Shown here piece after piece: positions 39,590 through 49,829 of a DNA stretch of 64,000 nucleotides. This stretch comes from Pseudolabrys sp. (GTDB taxonomy: Bacteria; Pseudomonadota; Alphaproteobacteria; Rhizobiales; Xanthobacteraceae). Every line of letters starts with the position of its first letter. Position 1 is the stretch's first letter. The notes beneath the pieces were generated by a model, which was not told the origin of the DNA, did not search any database, and worked only from the letters and a program-made list of their open reading frames with translations. The stretch is from contig DATAPP010000177.1 of NCBI GenBank assembly GCA_036265125.1, positions 26,505-90,504 on the forward strand, in the 5' to 3' direction. The translations under genes were made by a program, and so were the position numbers.

Positions 39590-39634
39590 AAGGATACAGC
39601 CGCGACAAGCGGCGGGTTACGAGGGAGGAAGTGC

Positions 39635-40693
39635 GTGGCGTCCGTCGAGTTGCGAGACTTGACCAAACGATATGGCCCTGTCGCGGTGGTCGACAACATA
39701 TCGCTCACCATTGAGCATGGTCATCTGGTCTGCCTGCTGGGTCCATCCGGCTGCGGCAAGACTACGACATTGCGCCTGATAGCCGGTTTTATTGAACCGA
39801 GCGCAGGTGAAATCCGCGTCGGTGAGAGACTTGTGTCCTCGCCGGCGAATACATTGCCGCCCGAACGCCGGAACATGTCGATGATCTTCCAGAGTTATGC
39901 GCTCTGGCCGCATATGACGGTTGAGGAGAATATCGTCTATGGCCTGAAGCTACGTAAGCTCGATCGGGCCACCATCGGCAAGAAGCTGGGCGCGATTTTG
40001 ACCACCACGAAGCTCGCGCCGCTGGCGCAGCGTTATCCGGGCGAACTATCGGGCGGTCAGCAGCAGCGCGTAGCGCTGGCCCGGGCATTGATCGTGGAGC
40101 CGGAGACGCTGTTGCTCGACGAGCCGCTCTCCAATCTTGACGCCAATTTGCGCGAAGAGATGCGTTTCGAGGTTCGCCGCCTGCACGATGCCTATCGGTA
40201 CACCACGGTCTATGTCACGCACGACCAGTCGGAGGCGATGACCACCGCCGATCTTATATGCGTCATGAACGCGGGGAAAATCGAGCAATCGGGCAGTCCG
40301 GAAGACATCTATGATCGCCCCCGGTCGGAATTTGTCGCCCGCTTTATCGGATCGAGCAACGTCATCAAGGGCAAAGGTCTCGATACTGCCCGGATCGATT
40401 TTGCGGGCACCCCGTTGCGTTGCAGCGGCGAGAAAATCAATTCGGGGGCGTCGACGCCGGTGTCTATCCGCCCGCATGACATCGCCATATCTGCTGCTCA
40501 ACGGCAGGGTGAGAACATCGTGCCGGCGACCGTTGTGCGGCAGGTCTTTCTCGGTGGCAGCAGGGACTATATGGTTGAGGCAAAGGATGGCACACAACTG
40601 CGCGTGGTTACCGCCGCCGGCGCGAACATTCCACAAGGCAGCGCTGTCTGGCTGCACTTGCCGCCCGAACTTTGCCGCGCGCTGAGCGGATAA
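39635..40693 (+). CDS. FbpC/PotA-type ABC ATP-binding protein
   Basis: GPSGCGKTT, FQSYALWPHM, LSGGQQQRVALAR, VTHDQSEA, TOBE. Confidence 0.92.
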   Translation: MASVELRDLTKRYGPVAVVDNISLTIEHGHLVCLLGPSGCGKTTTLRLIAGFIEPSAGEIRVGERLVSSPANTLPPERRNMSMIFQSYALWPHMTVEENIVYGLKLRKLDRATIGKKLGAILTTTKLAPLAQRYPGELSGGQQQRVALARALIVEPETLLLDEPLSNLDANLREEMRFEVRRLHDAYRYTTVYVTHDQSEAMTTADLICVMNAGKIEQSGSPEDIYDRPRSEFVARFIGSSNVIKGKGLDTARIDFAGTPLRCSGEKINSGASTPVSIRPHDIAISAAQRQGENIVPATVVRQVFLGGSRDYMVEAKDGTQLRVVTAAGANIPQGSAVWLHLPPELCRALSG

Positions 40694-40741
40694 CAATATC
40701 GCAGGGCGAAACGATAAGAACAGGGTATGGAGGATACGTCG

Positions 40742-41809
40742 ATGAAGGGTTCAGCAATTTCTCGCCGTGACATGTTGGTTGGCTCGAGCGCACTTGCCGC
40801 GGGTGCTGTGTTTTCAACCAGGGTCATGTCTGCGGCGCCGCCGGCGACTGCGATCACACCGCAGCTGATCGAGGCGGCAAAAAAAGAGGGCAAGGTCGTC
40901 TGGTACACTTCGGTCGACCTGCCGCTCGCGGAAAAGATTGCCAAATCATTCGAGGCAAAATTCCCCGGTGTCGCCGTACGCGTCGAACGCACTGGTGCGG
41001 AGCGCGTGTTTCAGCGCATCGGCCAGGAGTACGGCAGCAATATCCACGCAGTTGACGTCGCAAACTCATCCGACGCCGCACATTTCATCGTCTGGAAAGG
41101 GCAGGGGCTTCTGGAAGCCTATGTGCCCGAGGATGTTGCCAAGGTCTATCCGGCCGACCACAAGGACCCCGACGGCATGTTTGCCAGCTTCCGGGTCTGG
41201 GTCTCGATCATCGCCTACAACACCAATCTGGTGAAAAAAGAAGACGCGCCCAAAAGTTTTGCCGATCTGCTCGATCCCAGATGGAAGGGCAAGATCGTCA
41301 AGGCACATCCGGGCTATAGCGGCACCATCATGACCGCGACTTACCAGATGCAGCGCGATCTCGGCTGGGGCTTCTTTGAGAAACTGGCCGCGCAGAACGT
41401 CATGCAGGTCCAGTCGTCGGCGGATCCGCCAAAGCGGCTGGCGCTCGGCGAGCGTGCAGTGATGGCTGACGGGAATGAATACAACATCTTCCAAATCGCA
41501 GAGAAAGACGGGCCTGTCGCGCCGGTTTATGCCACGGAGGGTTCACCGCTCATTGTCGGTCCCACCGGCATGTTCAAGGCAGCCCCCAATCCGAACGCCG
41601 CGCGTCTGTTCTGCAACTACAGTTTCACCGCTGAATGCCAGCAGCTGATCATTGATGTCGGGGGTCTGCGCTCTATGCACCCTGATACTAAGGAAAAGCC
41701 CGGACGCACGCCGTTCAAGCAGATCAAGGTCATGAAAGACGATCCCGCCGCCGTTGAGAAGATGAGCGACGAGATCAAGCAGCATTACGTCAAGATTTTC
41801 CACGTCTGA
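40742..41809 (+). CDS. FbpA/AfuA-like ABC substrate-binding protein, Tat-type signal
   Basis: ISRRDML signal; AAKKEGKVVWYTS, IAYNTNLV, DLLDP.WKGKI. Confidence 0.85.
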   Translation: MKGSAISRRDMLVGSSALAAGAVFSTRVMSAAPPATAITPQLIEAAKKEGKVVWYTSVDLPLAEKIAKSFEAKFPGVAVRVERTGAERVFQRIGQEYGSNIHAVDVANSSDAAHFIVWKGQGLLEAYVPEDVAKVYPADHKDPDGMFASFRVWVSIIAYNTNLVKKEDAPKSFADLLDPRWKGKIVKAHPGYSGTIMTATYQMQRDLGWGFFEKLAAQNVMQVQSSADPPKRLALGERAVMADGNEYNIFQIAEKDGPVAPVYATEGSPLIVGPTGMFKAAPNPNAARLFCNYSFTAECQQLIIDVGGLRSMHPDTKEKPGRTPFKQIKVMKDDPAAVEKMSDEIKQHYVKIFHV

Positions 41810-41849
41810 GCAACATCCGCGCCGTCCGGGCGCGGCGCATCAGTCTGCC

Positions 41850-43592
41850 GTGCCCGGAAATGGAATTAGTGGTGACATGACGATCGCCTTGCCCGCCCAC
41901 GCCGAACGCCGCCGCTTCGGGATCGATATTTCGACGCCGGTCCTCTATGTGTTCGCAGCCATTCTCTGCGTGCTCATCATACTGCCGCTGTCGTGGTTGT
42001 TGCTGTACAGCCTGACCGATCCCAAGGGGGCTTTCACGCTTGGCAATTTCTACCGGCTGTTCACGGAATCCTCTTTCTATGATCCTCTCGTCACCACTTT
42101 CATCCTTGCCACGTCATCGGCCTTCATCTGCTGTGCGGTTGCGGCGCCGATGGGGTGGCTGGTGGCGCGTACCGACCTGCCATTTGCTCCTGTCATCCGC
42201 GCCCTTGTCACCGCGTCGTTCGTGACGCCGCCATTCTTGGGCGCCATCGCCTGGGAACTGCTCGCGGCTCCAAACAGTGGACTTTTGAACAAGATCGCCC
42301 GCGACTGGTTCGGCATGGCGCCGGACCAGCATCTGTTCAATATCTACACGCTGCCGGGGATCATCTTCGTCATCTCTTGTTACACGTTCCCTTACGTGTT
42401 CGTGCTGGTTGCCAATTCTCTCGACCGGACGCCGGGCGAGCTCGAAGATGCCTCATCGATCCTCGGTGGAGGACGCTGGTACACCGCCCGACGGGTCACC
42501 ATTCCGCTGGTGTTGCCGGCCCTGCTTGCTGGGGCGCTGGTCGCCTTTCTGCAGGCAATGACGTTATTCGGCTCGCCGGCAATCTTGGCGCTGCCCGCCG
42601 GTTTTCACACGATGACGACGAAGATCTGGAGTCTGTTCCAGTTTCCGCCCAAGCCGGAACTTGCAGCTGCCGCTTCGTTGCCGCTGCTCGTGCTCACCGT
42701 CATTCTGCTGCGCGCCGAACACATGATTCTCGGGCGTCGCGGCTATTCTGTTGTGGGTGGAAAATACGGCGCGCCTCGGCTTATCCCTTTGCACCGCTGG
42801 CGCTGGCCCGCACTCGCGTTGTGCTTGTTTATTCTGCTTAACCCGGTGTTTCTCCCATACGCCGCTCTTTTCAACGCGGCCTTTTCGCCGGTGGCTTCCA
42901 CGTTTCTCACCGTGCAGAATTTCACGCTGCACAATATCAATTTCGTGCTGTTCGAGCTGTCGGCCGCTTCGCTCGCCCTGAAGAATACGGTGATCCTGGG
43001 CACGGCAACTGCCACCATCGGAACTGCAATTGCGCTTGTCATCGCCTACGTGACGGCCCGACAGGCGGTTGCCGGCTGGCGTGTGCTTGGGTTTCTCGCC
43101 ACTGCGCCCATCGCCATTCCCGGCATCGTGCTCGGTGTCGGTCTCTTTCTGAGCTACACGCGACCGCCTTTCGTCCTTTATGGCACGCTGTGGATCCTGC
43201 TGATCGCCTTTGTGACGATCGCGCTACCGTCTTCCTATCAGCAGCTTCAGGCTGCATTCCGCACCATTCATCCCGAGCTGGAAGATGCAAGCCGCATTCT
43301 CGGCGCCACACGCTTGCGTTCCCTGTGGGAGATTACGGCGCCGCTTCTGCGTACAGGAGTGATCGCGACCTGGTGCTTCATCTTCGTGGGTGTGATGCGG
43401 GAACTATCTGCAGCAATCATTCTATTCACGTCGGAAACCAAAGTGGTGTCGGTTCTGATTTATGATCTCAACGAAAGCGGCGATCTCGGCGCCATCGCGG
43501 TTATCGGCCTGGGTATGCTGTTGATCACGTTTGCTGTGGTGATCGCGGTGAACCGGATCCCCGGTTTCGGCAACGTGCGTTTCCGCACTTGA
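41850..43592 (+). CDS. FbpB-type double-domain ABC permease
   Basis: Two EAA loops (ELEDASSILGG, ELEDASRILGA); many TM segments; ATG at 41877 is an alternative start. Confidence 0.9.
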   Translation: MPGNGISGDMTIALPAHAERRRFGIDISTPVLYVFAAILCVLIILPLSWLLLYSLTDPKGAFTLGNFYRLFTESSFYDPLVTTFILATSSAFICCAVAAPMGWLVARTDLPFAPVIRALVTASFVTPPFLGAIAWELLAAPNSGLLNKIARDWFGMAPDQHLFNIYTLPGIIFVISCYTFPYVFVLVANSLDRTPGELEDASSILGGGRWYTARRVTIPLVLPALLAGALVAFLQAMTLFGSPAILALPAGFHTMTTKIWSLFQFPPKPELAAAASLPLLVLTVILLRAEHMILGRRGYSVVGGKYGAPRLIPLHRWRWPALALCLFILLNPVFLPYAALFNAAFSPVASTFLTVQNFTLHNINFVLFELSAASLALKNTVILGTATATIGTAIALVIAYVTARQAVAGWRVLGFLATAPIAIPGIVLGVGLFLSYTRPPFVLYGTLWILLIAFVTIALPSSYQQLQAAFRTIHPELEDASRILGATRLRSLWEITAPLLRTGVIATWCFIFVGVMRELSAAIILFTSETKVVSVLIYDLNESGDLGAIAVIGLGMLLITFAVVIAVNRIPGFGNVRFRT

Positions 43593-44971
43593 TGTCAATG
43601 TCCACGAAGCTTCCTGCCATCTCGGTTGCCGAACAACTGGCGCAGCGCATTGCCGCGCAGCGTGCCGATCGGCTGCCGTCAGCCGTGCGGCAGAAATGCG
43701 AGGATCTGCTGATCGACGTGGCCGGCCTTTGCGTGACCGCCCGCAACGAGGATTACATCAAGGCCGCACTTGCCGGGTGCGACGATGAGGGTTCCTGCAC
43801 CGCCATCGGCCATGCGCGTGCTTTCAGTGCCGCGAGCGCGGCCTTCATCAATGGCACCGCCGCGCATGGCGAGGACTTCGACGACACGTTCGAAGGCGGG
43901 CCCGTCCATGCCGGCGCAGTCATCGTGCCAGCGGTTCTGGCCGCTTGCGAACGGCACAGGCCGGAAGGCGTGGCCGCCATGCTCGGCGTTGCGATCGGCA
44001 CGGAAGTCATGTGCCGCCTGAGCACCGTGGTGCCGAAGGCCGTGCACAAAGCCGGTTTCCATCCGACCGCCATTTTCGGCGTGATGGGGGCGGCCGCTGG
44101 TGTCGGCGCTGCACTTGGCCTCAGTGCCAAACAGATTGTCGATGCGCTTGGCATCGCAGCGAGTTTTGCGGGCGGCATCATTGAATATCTGGCCGAGGGC
44201 ACGTGGACCAAGCGGTTGCATCCGGGCTGGGCTGCGCAGTCCGGCATTCGTGCGGCGCTTCTTGCGCGCGGCGGCTTCATCGGCCCGCGCACGGTGTTCG
44301 AAGGTGTGCATGGGCTATTCCATGGCTTTGCGCATACGACGCAAGGCGACTATGACGCGCTCATCGGCGGCTTTGGCGAACGCTGGGTGACCGAGACGCT
44401 TGCCTTCAAACCCTATCCTTGCGGAACCATGGCGCATCCTTACATCGATTGCGCCAAGCGGCTTGCCGCACGCGGCGTCAAGCCGGTCGACGTAAAAGAG
44501 CTGCTGTGCGAAGTCGCTGAAGGCACAGTGCATCGCTTATGGGAGCCGCTTGCCGACAAGCAGCGCCCGCCCAACGGATATGCAGCCAAGTTTTCGACGC
44601 CGTTTCTTCTTGCTACGGGCTTCGTTCGCGGCGGTGTTGGGCTCGACGCCTTTACTGAGCAAGCGGTGCGCGACAAAGACGTGCTCGCTCTCTCGTCGAA
44701 AGTACGTTACGTCATCGATCCCGATAATCCCTATCCCAACAACTTCACAGGCCACATCCGCGCCGTGCTCAATGATGGCCGCGTGATCGAGGAGCGGCAA
44801 CCACATTTCCGGGGCGGTGCACACGAGCCCTTGACGCGCGCCGACATCGAGGAAAAGTTTATGCTCAACGTCCGTCACGGCGGTTGGGATGACAGGCGCG
44901 CCGCTGCTGCGCTCAAGCAGCTGGCGAAATTTTACGAAGGCAAAATCGATCTGGTATTCTTGCGGGGATAG
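43592..44971 (+). CDS. MmgE/PrpD family protein
   Basis: AAFINGTAAHGEDFDD, HAG, GFHPT, KRLHPG, FKPYPCG..AH. Confidence 0.92.
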   Translation: MSMSTKLPAISVAEQLAQRIAAQRADRLPSAVRQKCEDLLIDVAGLCVTARNEDYIKAALAGCDDEGSCTAIGHARAFSAASAAFINGTAAHGEDFDDTFEGGPVHAGAVIVPAVLAACERHRPEGVAAMLGVAIGTEVMCRLSTVVPKAVHKAGFHPTAIFGVMGAAAGVGAALGLSAKQIVDALGIAASFAGGIIEYLAEGTWTKRLHPGWAAQSGIRAALLARGGFIGPRTVFEGVHGLFHGFAHTTQGDYDALIGGFGERWVTETLAFKPYPCGTMAHPYIDCAKRLAARGVKPVDVKELLCEVAEGTVHRLWEPLADKQRPPNGYAAKFSTPFLLATGFVRGGVGLDAFTEQAVRDKDVLALSSKVRYVIDPDNPYPNNFTGHIRAVLNDGRVIEERQPHFRGGAHEPLTRADIEEKFMLNVRHGGWDDRRAAAALKQLAKFYEGKIDLVFLRG

Positions 44972-44980
44972 TCACTGGTC

Positions 44981-45736
44981 ATGGCTGAAAACAAGGAGCT
45001 CACCGGCAAGGTCGCAATCGTCACCGGTGCCGGGCGTAATATCGGGCGCGCAATCGCGCTTGCGCTCGCGCGGGCCGGCGCTTCGGTGATCGTCAATGTT
45101 CGCTCCAACCAGATTGAAGCCGAAGGTGTCGTGCGCGAGATCGAAGCGGGCGGCAGCAAGGCGGTCGCCGTTCTTGGCGATATCGGCGATGAAAAAACTG
45201 CCGGTGTGCTCGCCGAGACCGCGCTCAAGCGGTTCGGGCGCATCGATATTCTGGTCAACAACGCAGCGCTCCGGCGTGAAAAACCCATCGGCGATATGAG
45301 CTATGCCGAATGGCGCGAGGTGATGAATGTCATCCTCGATGGCACCTTTCGTTGCGTGCATTCCTGCCTGCCGGCGCTGAAGAAGAGTGGTGGCAGCATC
45401 ATCAATATCGGCGGGATGAGCGCGCATATCGGATCAAAAGACCGTGCGCACGTGATAACCGCAAAGGCTGCGCTGGTCGGCTTCTCGCGCGCGCTTGCCC
45501 ACGATCTTGCCGCCGACAAGATCACTGCCAATTGCGTGGTGCCGGGCGCGATCGATACGACACGGCCAGTCTCGTCGCAAAATCCAGCTCACCACCTCAC
45601 TCACGGCACCATTACCGGCGAGCGGGGCAAAGCCGAAGATGTTGCGGCGATGGTGCGCTATTTGTGCGGTCCCGGCGGCCGGTACGTCACCGGCCAGACC
45701 ATTCACGTGAGTGGCGGAGCCTATCTCGGCTCATAG
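44981..45736 (+). CDS. Short-chain dehydrogenase/reductase
   Basis: VTGAGRNIG, LVNNAA, ANCVVPG; YxxxK position reads VITAK. Confidence 0.9.
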   Translation: MAENKELTGKVAIVTGAGRNIGRAIALALARAGASVIVNVRSNQIEAEGVVREIEAGGSKAVAVLGDIGDEKTAGVLAETALKRFGRIDILVNNAALRREKPIGDMSYAEWREVMNVILDGTFRCVHSCLPALKKSGGSIINIGGMSAHIGSKDRAHVITAKAALVGFSRALAHDLAADKITANCVVPGAIDTTRPVSSQNPAHHLTHGTITGERGKAEDVAAMVRYLCGPGGRYVTGQTIHVSGGAYLGS

Positions 45737-45840
45737 CCGCCATGTCCCCGCCGCCATGTCGCGCATGGCGGCAGGGTGGTCGTACTTGCTCTTAAGTGCT
45801 AGTCCATAGCCCGACGGCTTCCGGTCACAACGAGGTTCCT

Positions 45841-47268
45841 ATGTATTCCGAGCTGGGTCTCTACATCGACGGCAAATGGCTCAACGGCGAAGGTCGCAAG
45901 GGCGAGGACGTGATCAATCCTGCAACCGGCAAGACGCTTGCGCACCTGCCGCATGCGAGCAAGGCCGATCTCGATGCGGCGCTCGCCGCCGCCGAAAAAG
46001 GCTTCGCGGCGTGGAAGGCAACCTCCGCCTATGACCGCTCAAAGATCATGCGCAAGGCCGCCGACCTGCTGCGCGAGCGCTTCGATCACGTTTCCAAGGT
46101 GATGACCCAGGAACAGGGCAAGGTCTATGTTGAGTCGCGTGCGGAAGTCCTGACCAGTGCCGACATTATCGACTGGTATGCCGAGGAAGGCCGCCGCACC
46201 TATGGCCGTGTGATCCCGGGCCGCCAGAAGGGCGTCCGCCAGCTCGTTGTTCAGGAGCCTTGCGGCATCGTTGCGGCGTTCACGCCATGGAATTTCCCGA
46301 CGCTGACGCCGGTACGTAAAATCGCCGGCGCGCTCGCGGCCGGCTGCTCGATCATCATCAAGGCGTCGGAGGAAACGCCGGGCGGCTGCGTTGAGCTGGT
46401 CAAATGCTTCGCCGACGCCGGCTTGCCGGCGGGCGTGCTCAATCTCGTCTTCGGCGTGCCGGCGGATGTGTCAGAGCACCTGATCCCGAAGAAGTCGGTC
46501 AAGAAGATCTCGTTCACCGGATCGGTCCCGGTCGGCAAGCATCTCGCCGGCCTCGCGGCCAAGGGCATGAAGAAAGCAACCATGGAGCTTGGCGGGCACT
46601 CACCGGTCGTCGTGTTCGACGATGCCGACCCCGAGAAGACCGCCGACACCATCGCGGCATTCAAGTATCGCAATGCCGGTCAGGTCTGCATCTCGCCGAC
46701 GCGCTTCTACGTGCAGGAAAAAAACTACAGCAAGTTCGTGGCGCGCTTCACCGAATATGCCAAGGGCTTGAAACTTGGTGACGGCATGGAGAAGGGCATC
46801 ACCCTGGGCCCGCTTGCCAATCCGCGCCGGCTCGACGCCATGGAGAGCTTCGTCAACGACGCCAAGGACCGCGGCGGCAAGGTCGTCACCGGCGGCTCGC
46901 GCCACGGTAACCAGGGCTTCTTCTATGAACCGACGGTGATTACCGACGTGCCCGACGATTCCAAGATTATGACTGAGGAACCATTCGGGCCGGTCGCGCC
47001 GATCGTGCCGTTCAAGACCTTCGACGAAGTGGTCGAGCGTGCCAATTCGCTTCAGTTCGGTCTCGCAGCCTATGCCTTCACCACGTCGGACAAGAACGCG
47101 TCGGCAATCAGTGACGCTCTGCAGTCCGGGATGGTGGGCATCAACAGCGTTGCCATCTCGACGCCTGAGACGCCGTTCGGCGGCGTCAAGGAATCGGGTT
47201 ATGGCTCCGAGGGCGGCATTGAAGGCCTGCAGGCTTACATGAACGTCAAGTTCATTTCGCAGGCGTAA
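45841..47268 (+). CDS. NAD(P)-dependent aldehyde dehydrogenase, succinate/2-ketoglutarate semialdehyde dehydrogenase type
   Basis: FTPWNFP, FTGS, MELGGHSP, RNAGQVCISPTR, EEPFGP, PFGGVKESGYGSEGG; closely resembles KGSADH-I sequences as I recall them. Confidence 0.9.
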   Translation: MYSELGLYIDGKWLNGEGRKGEDVINPATGKTLAHLPHASKADLDAALAAAEKGFAAWKATSAYDRSKIMRKAADLLRERFDHVSKVMTQEQGKVYVESRAEVLTSADIIDWYAEEGRRTYGRVIPGRQKGVRQLVVQEPCGIVAAFTPWNFPTLTPVRKIAGALAAGCSIIIKASEETPGGCVELVKCFADAGLPAGVLNLVFGVPADVSEHLIPKKSVKKISFTGSVPVGKHLAGLAAKGMKKATMELGGHSPVVVFDDADPEKTADTIAAFKYRNAGQVCISPTRFYVQEKNYSKFVARFTEYAKGLKLGDGMEKGITLGPLANPRRLDAMESFVNDAKDRGGKVVTGGSRHGNQGFFYEPTVITDVPDDSKIMTEEPFGPVAPIVPFKTFDEVVERANSLQFGLAAYAFTTSDKNASAISDALQSGMVGINSVAISTPETPFGGVKESGYGSEGGIEGLQAYMNVKFISQA

Positions 47269-47279
47269 GATTTATTTCT

Positions 47280-47362
47280 GTCGTCGCCGTCAAGGCGGGG
47301 GCCCAGACGCCGCGGATCATCGGGCTGCGCTTCGCGCGGACCCGTTGGTTCGCCGGGATGAC
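47280..47362. repeat. Degenerate REP-like palindromic element between convergent genes
   Basis: gtcgtcgccgtcaaggcgggggcccag...gcgcttcgcgc...cgccgggatgac; resembles alphaproteobacterial GTCATCCC...GGGATGAC repeats. Confidence 0.5.
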
Positions 47363-47370
47363 AGTTTAGG

Positions 47371-49692
47371 TTATTTCCCCGTCAATCCCCGCTGACACGC
47401 TTCCCACACCTTCGCGGGCGTAGCCGGCATTTCCATGTGATCGGCGGCGCCGTTCGGGATTGCATTTGAAATCGCATTCATTACCGCGGCGATCGCAGCC
47501 GTCGTTCCGGCTTCGCCGGTGCCCTTCACGCCGAGCGGGTTGCTCGTCGCGGGGATCGAATGCACCGCCTCGCGTAGTTCGGCCGGCATATGGTGGGCGC
47601 GCGGCATGCCGTAGTCCATAAACGAGCCTGCCACCAATTGACCGCTTCCGGAATCGTAAACCGCGTTTTCCGTCAGCGCCTGACCGAGGCCGTTCGCGAT
47701 TGAGCCCTGCACCTGTCCTTCCACGATCATTGCATCGAGGATGACGCCCGGGTCATCAACCGCGGTATAGGTCACCAGGTCGACTGCGCCGGTCTCGGGA
47801 TCGATCTCCACCTCGGCGATATGACAACCGTTCGGGAATGTCAGCGGCGTCTCGGTCTTTTCCTTGGTGTCGAGACTCTCGCCAATCTCTTTCGCGCGCT
47901 TCGCGGTATCGAACAGCGAGATCTTGCGGTCGGTGCCGACGACCTCGAAATTTCCATTGCGATACTGGATATCGGCCTCGGACGCTTCCAGGAGCGCTGA
48001 GGCCACTTTCTTGCCCTTCGTCAGCATGACATCTGCCGTATGCACGATCGCACTGCCGGCACACATCGCAGAGCGCGAACCGACGGAGGCGAAACCGGTG
48101 ATTCCCAGCGCGGTGTCACCGTGACGGTGCTGAATCTTGGCAGCGTCGATGCCGAGCTTGTTGGCGAGCAGACGCGGAAAAACGGTGGCGTGACCCTGGC
48201 CGGTCGACTGCACATTGCAGCCAAGAACGAGCTGGTCGCCGCCAGGAAACGAAACGGAAGCCTGCTCCATCGGCAATGCGCCGGCGTGCTCCAGCATGCA
48301 GGAGACACCGATGCCGCGCAGCTTTTTGCGTTTCGATGACTCGCGCCGGCGCTTGTTGAAATTGTCGAAGTCGGCGAGCTCCAGCGCCCGGTCGACAATG
48401 GCCGGGAAATCGCCGCTGTCATACGTATTGATCGGCGTCTTGAACGGCATCGCCGACGGGGGAATGAGGTTTTTCTTGCGCAACCGCACGGGATCGATGC
48501 CGGTGATCCGCGCCGCCTCCTCCACCACGCGCTCAAGTACGTAGTTCGCTTCGGGCCGACCGGCGCCGCGATAGGGTCCGATCGGAATGGTGTTGCTGAA
48601 GTAGCAAGCGACCGAAGCCTCCACCTTCGGAATCCGGTACATGCCGGGCAGGCAGCGAGCGAAATTGTTGGTGTTAATTCCCACGCCCGCGGTGCTCACA
48701 TAGGCGCCCTGGTTGCACAGGTGCCGTACCCGCAGCGCCAGAAATTTCCCCTTTTCGTCGATCGCGAGCTCGGCCTCGGTGACCGTGTCGCGCGCCTGCG
48801 TGTCGGTGACGAAGGCTTCTGATCGCGTCGATTGCCATTGCACCGGACGGCCGAGCTGGCGCGCCGCAACCAGCAGTGCCGGATATTCCGGGTAGGGCGG
48901 TGTCTTCATGCCGAAGGCGCCGCCGACGTCCTGGGTAATTACGCGCAGCTTTTCGTTCGGTACGCCCATAACGGCGGCACTCAGGTTGCGCAGCGAGTCA
49001 GCGCTCTGCGAACAGACGTAGAGCGTGTAGCCGTCATTGGCCTTGTCGTAGACGCCGGTTGCGCCGCGGGTTTCCATGGACGCGACCACCATGCGTTGGT
49101 TGGTCACGCTTACCTTCGCCACATGCGGCGCCTTGGCGATGATCTCGGCGACCTCGCGTTCGTTCTGTTCGTCGGGCACGGGACCCGGCCAGTCCACGCA
49201 GAGATTTCCGGATGCTTCCGGATAGAGTTGCGTGCCGCCTTTCATGGCGTCGCGCAGGTCGACCACCGCCGGCAATTCCTCGTATTCAACTCGCACCAGG
49301 TCGGCTGCATCTTGCGCGGCCGCTGTCGTCTCGGCGACCACCATCGCCACCGGATCGCCGACATGCATCACCTTTTCGCCTGCGAGCGATGGCCGGAACG
49401 GCATGATCATCTTGGCGCCACCGCGGCCCGGAACCGGCGGATGGCGCGACACGCTCCCGACGTTCGCCGCCTTCATGTCTTCGGCTGTGAGCACGGCCAG
49501 CACTTTCTTGGCCCTGCGCGCCTCCTCGGTATTGACCGACGTGATGCGGGCGTGCGCATGCGGCGATCGCACGAATGCGGCATAGGCTGTGTCGGGAAGG
49601 CGCGGATCGTCCATAAAACGGCCGGTGCCCCGGACGAGCGCGTCATCCTCGATGCGCGGCGTGTGCTTCGTGCTGGTGAAACTGGTTGTCAT
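47371..49692 (-). CDS. Xanthine dehydrogenase family molybdopterin-binding large subunit (CoxL form II-like), no adjacent M/S subunits
   Basis: R.ED..LVRG.GRF, DVGGAFGMK, PYRGAGRPE, GQGHAT, GSRSA, GQVQG..A.G.GQAL.E, GVKG.GEAG. Confidence 0.92.
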   Translation of the reverse strand: MTTSFTSTKHTPRIEDDALVRGTGRFMDDPRLPDTAYAAFVRSPHAHARITSVNTEEARRAKKVLAVLTAEDMKAANVGSVSRHPPVPGRGGAKMIMPFRPSLAGEKVMHVGDPVAMVVAETTAAAQDAADLVRVEYEELPAVVDLRDAMKGGTQLYPEASGNLCVDWPGPVPDEQNEREVAEIIAKAPHVAKVSVTNQRMVVASMETRGATGVYDKANDGYTLYVCSQSADSLRNLSAAVMGVPNEKLRVITQDVGGAFGMKTPPYPEYPALLVAARQLGRPVQWQSTRSEAFVTDTQARDTVTEAELAIDEKGKFLALRVRHLCNQGAYVSTAGVGINTNNFARCLPGMYRIPKVEASVACYFSNTIPIGPYRGAGRPEANYVLERVVEEAARITGIDPVRLRKKNLIPPSAMPFKTPINTYDSGDFPAIVDRALELADFDNFNKRRRESSKRKKLRGIGVSCMLEHAGALPMEQASVSFPGGDQLVLGCNVQSTGQGHATVFPRLLANKLGIDAAKIQHRHGDTALGITGFASVGSRSAMCAGSAIVHTADVMLTKGKKVASALLEASEADIQYRNGNFEVVGTDRKISLFDTAKRAKEIGESLDTKEKTETPLTFPNGCHIAEVEIDPETGAVDLVTYTAVDDPGVILDAMIVEGQVQGSIANGLGQALTENAVYDSGSGQLVAGSFMDYGMPRAHHMPAELREAVHSIPATSNPLGVKGTGEAGTTAAIAAVMNAISNAIPNGAADHMEMPATPAKVWEACQRGLTGK

Positions 49693-49829
49693 GAAAGGTC
49701 CGGGAATGCGCTTGAGGAACCCCTTTTATAGCTCAAACAACCGAGGGCGACAGGGGCTTGCGTCCGCACGCCGGGTGCGGCACTCAGGCGTCCTTTCCTT
49801 ACGCCGCATGGCGTTTTTCGGGTGGTGAA

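Noticed and set aside
47371-49692. Call as aerobic CO dehydrogenase
   Set aside because: Active-site loop is PYRGAGR, not AYXCSFR, and no coxM/coxS or accessory genes are adjacent.
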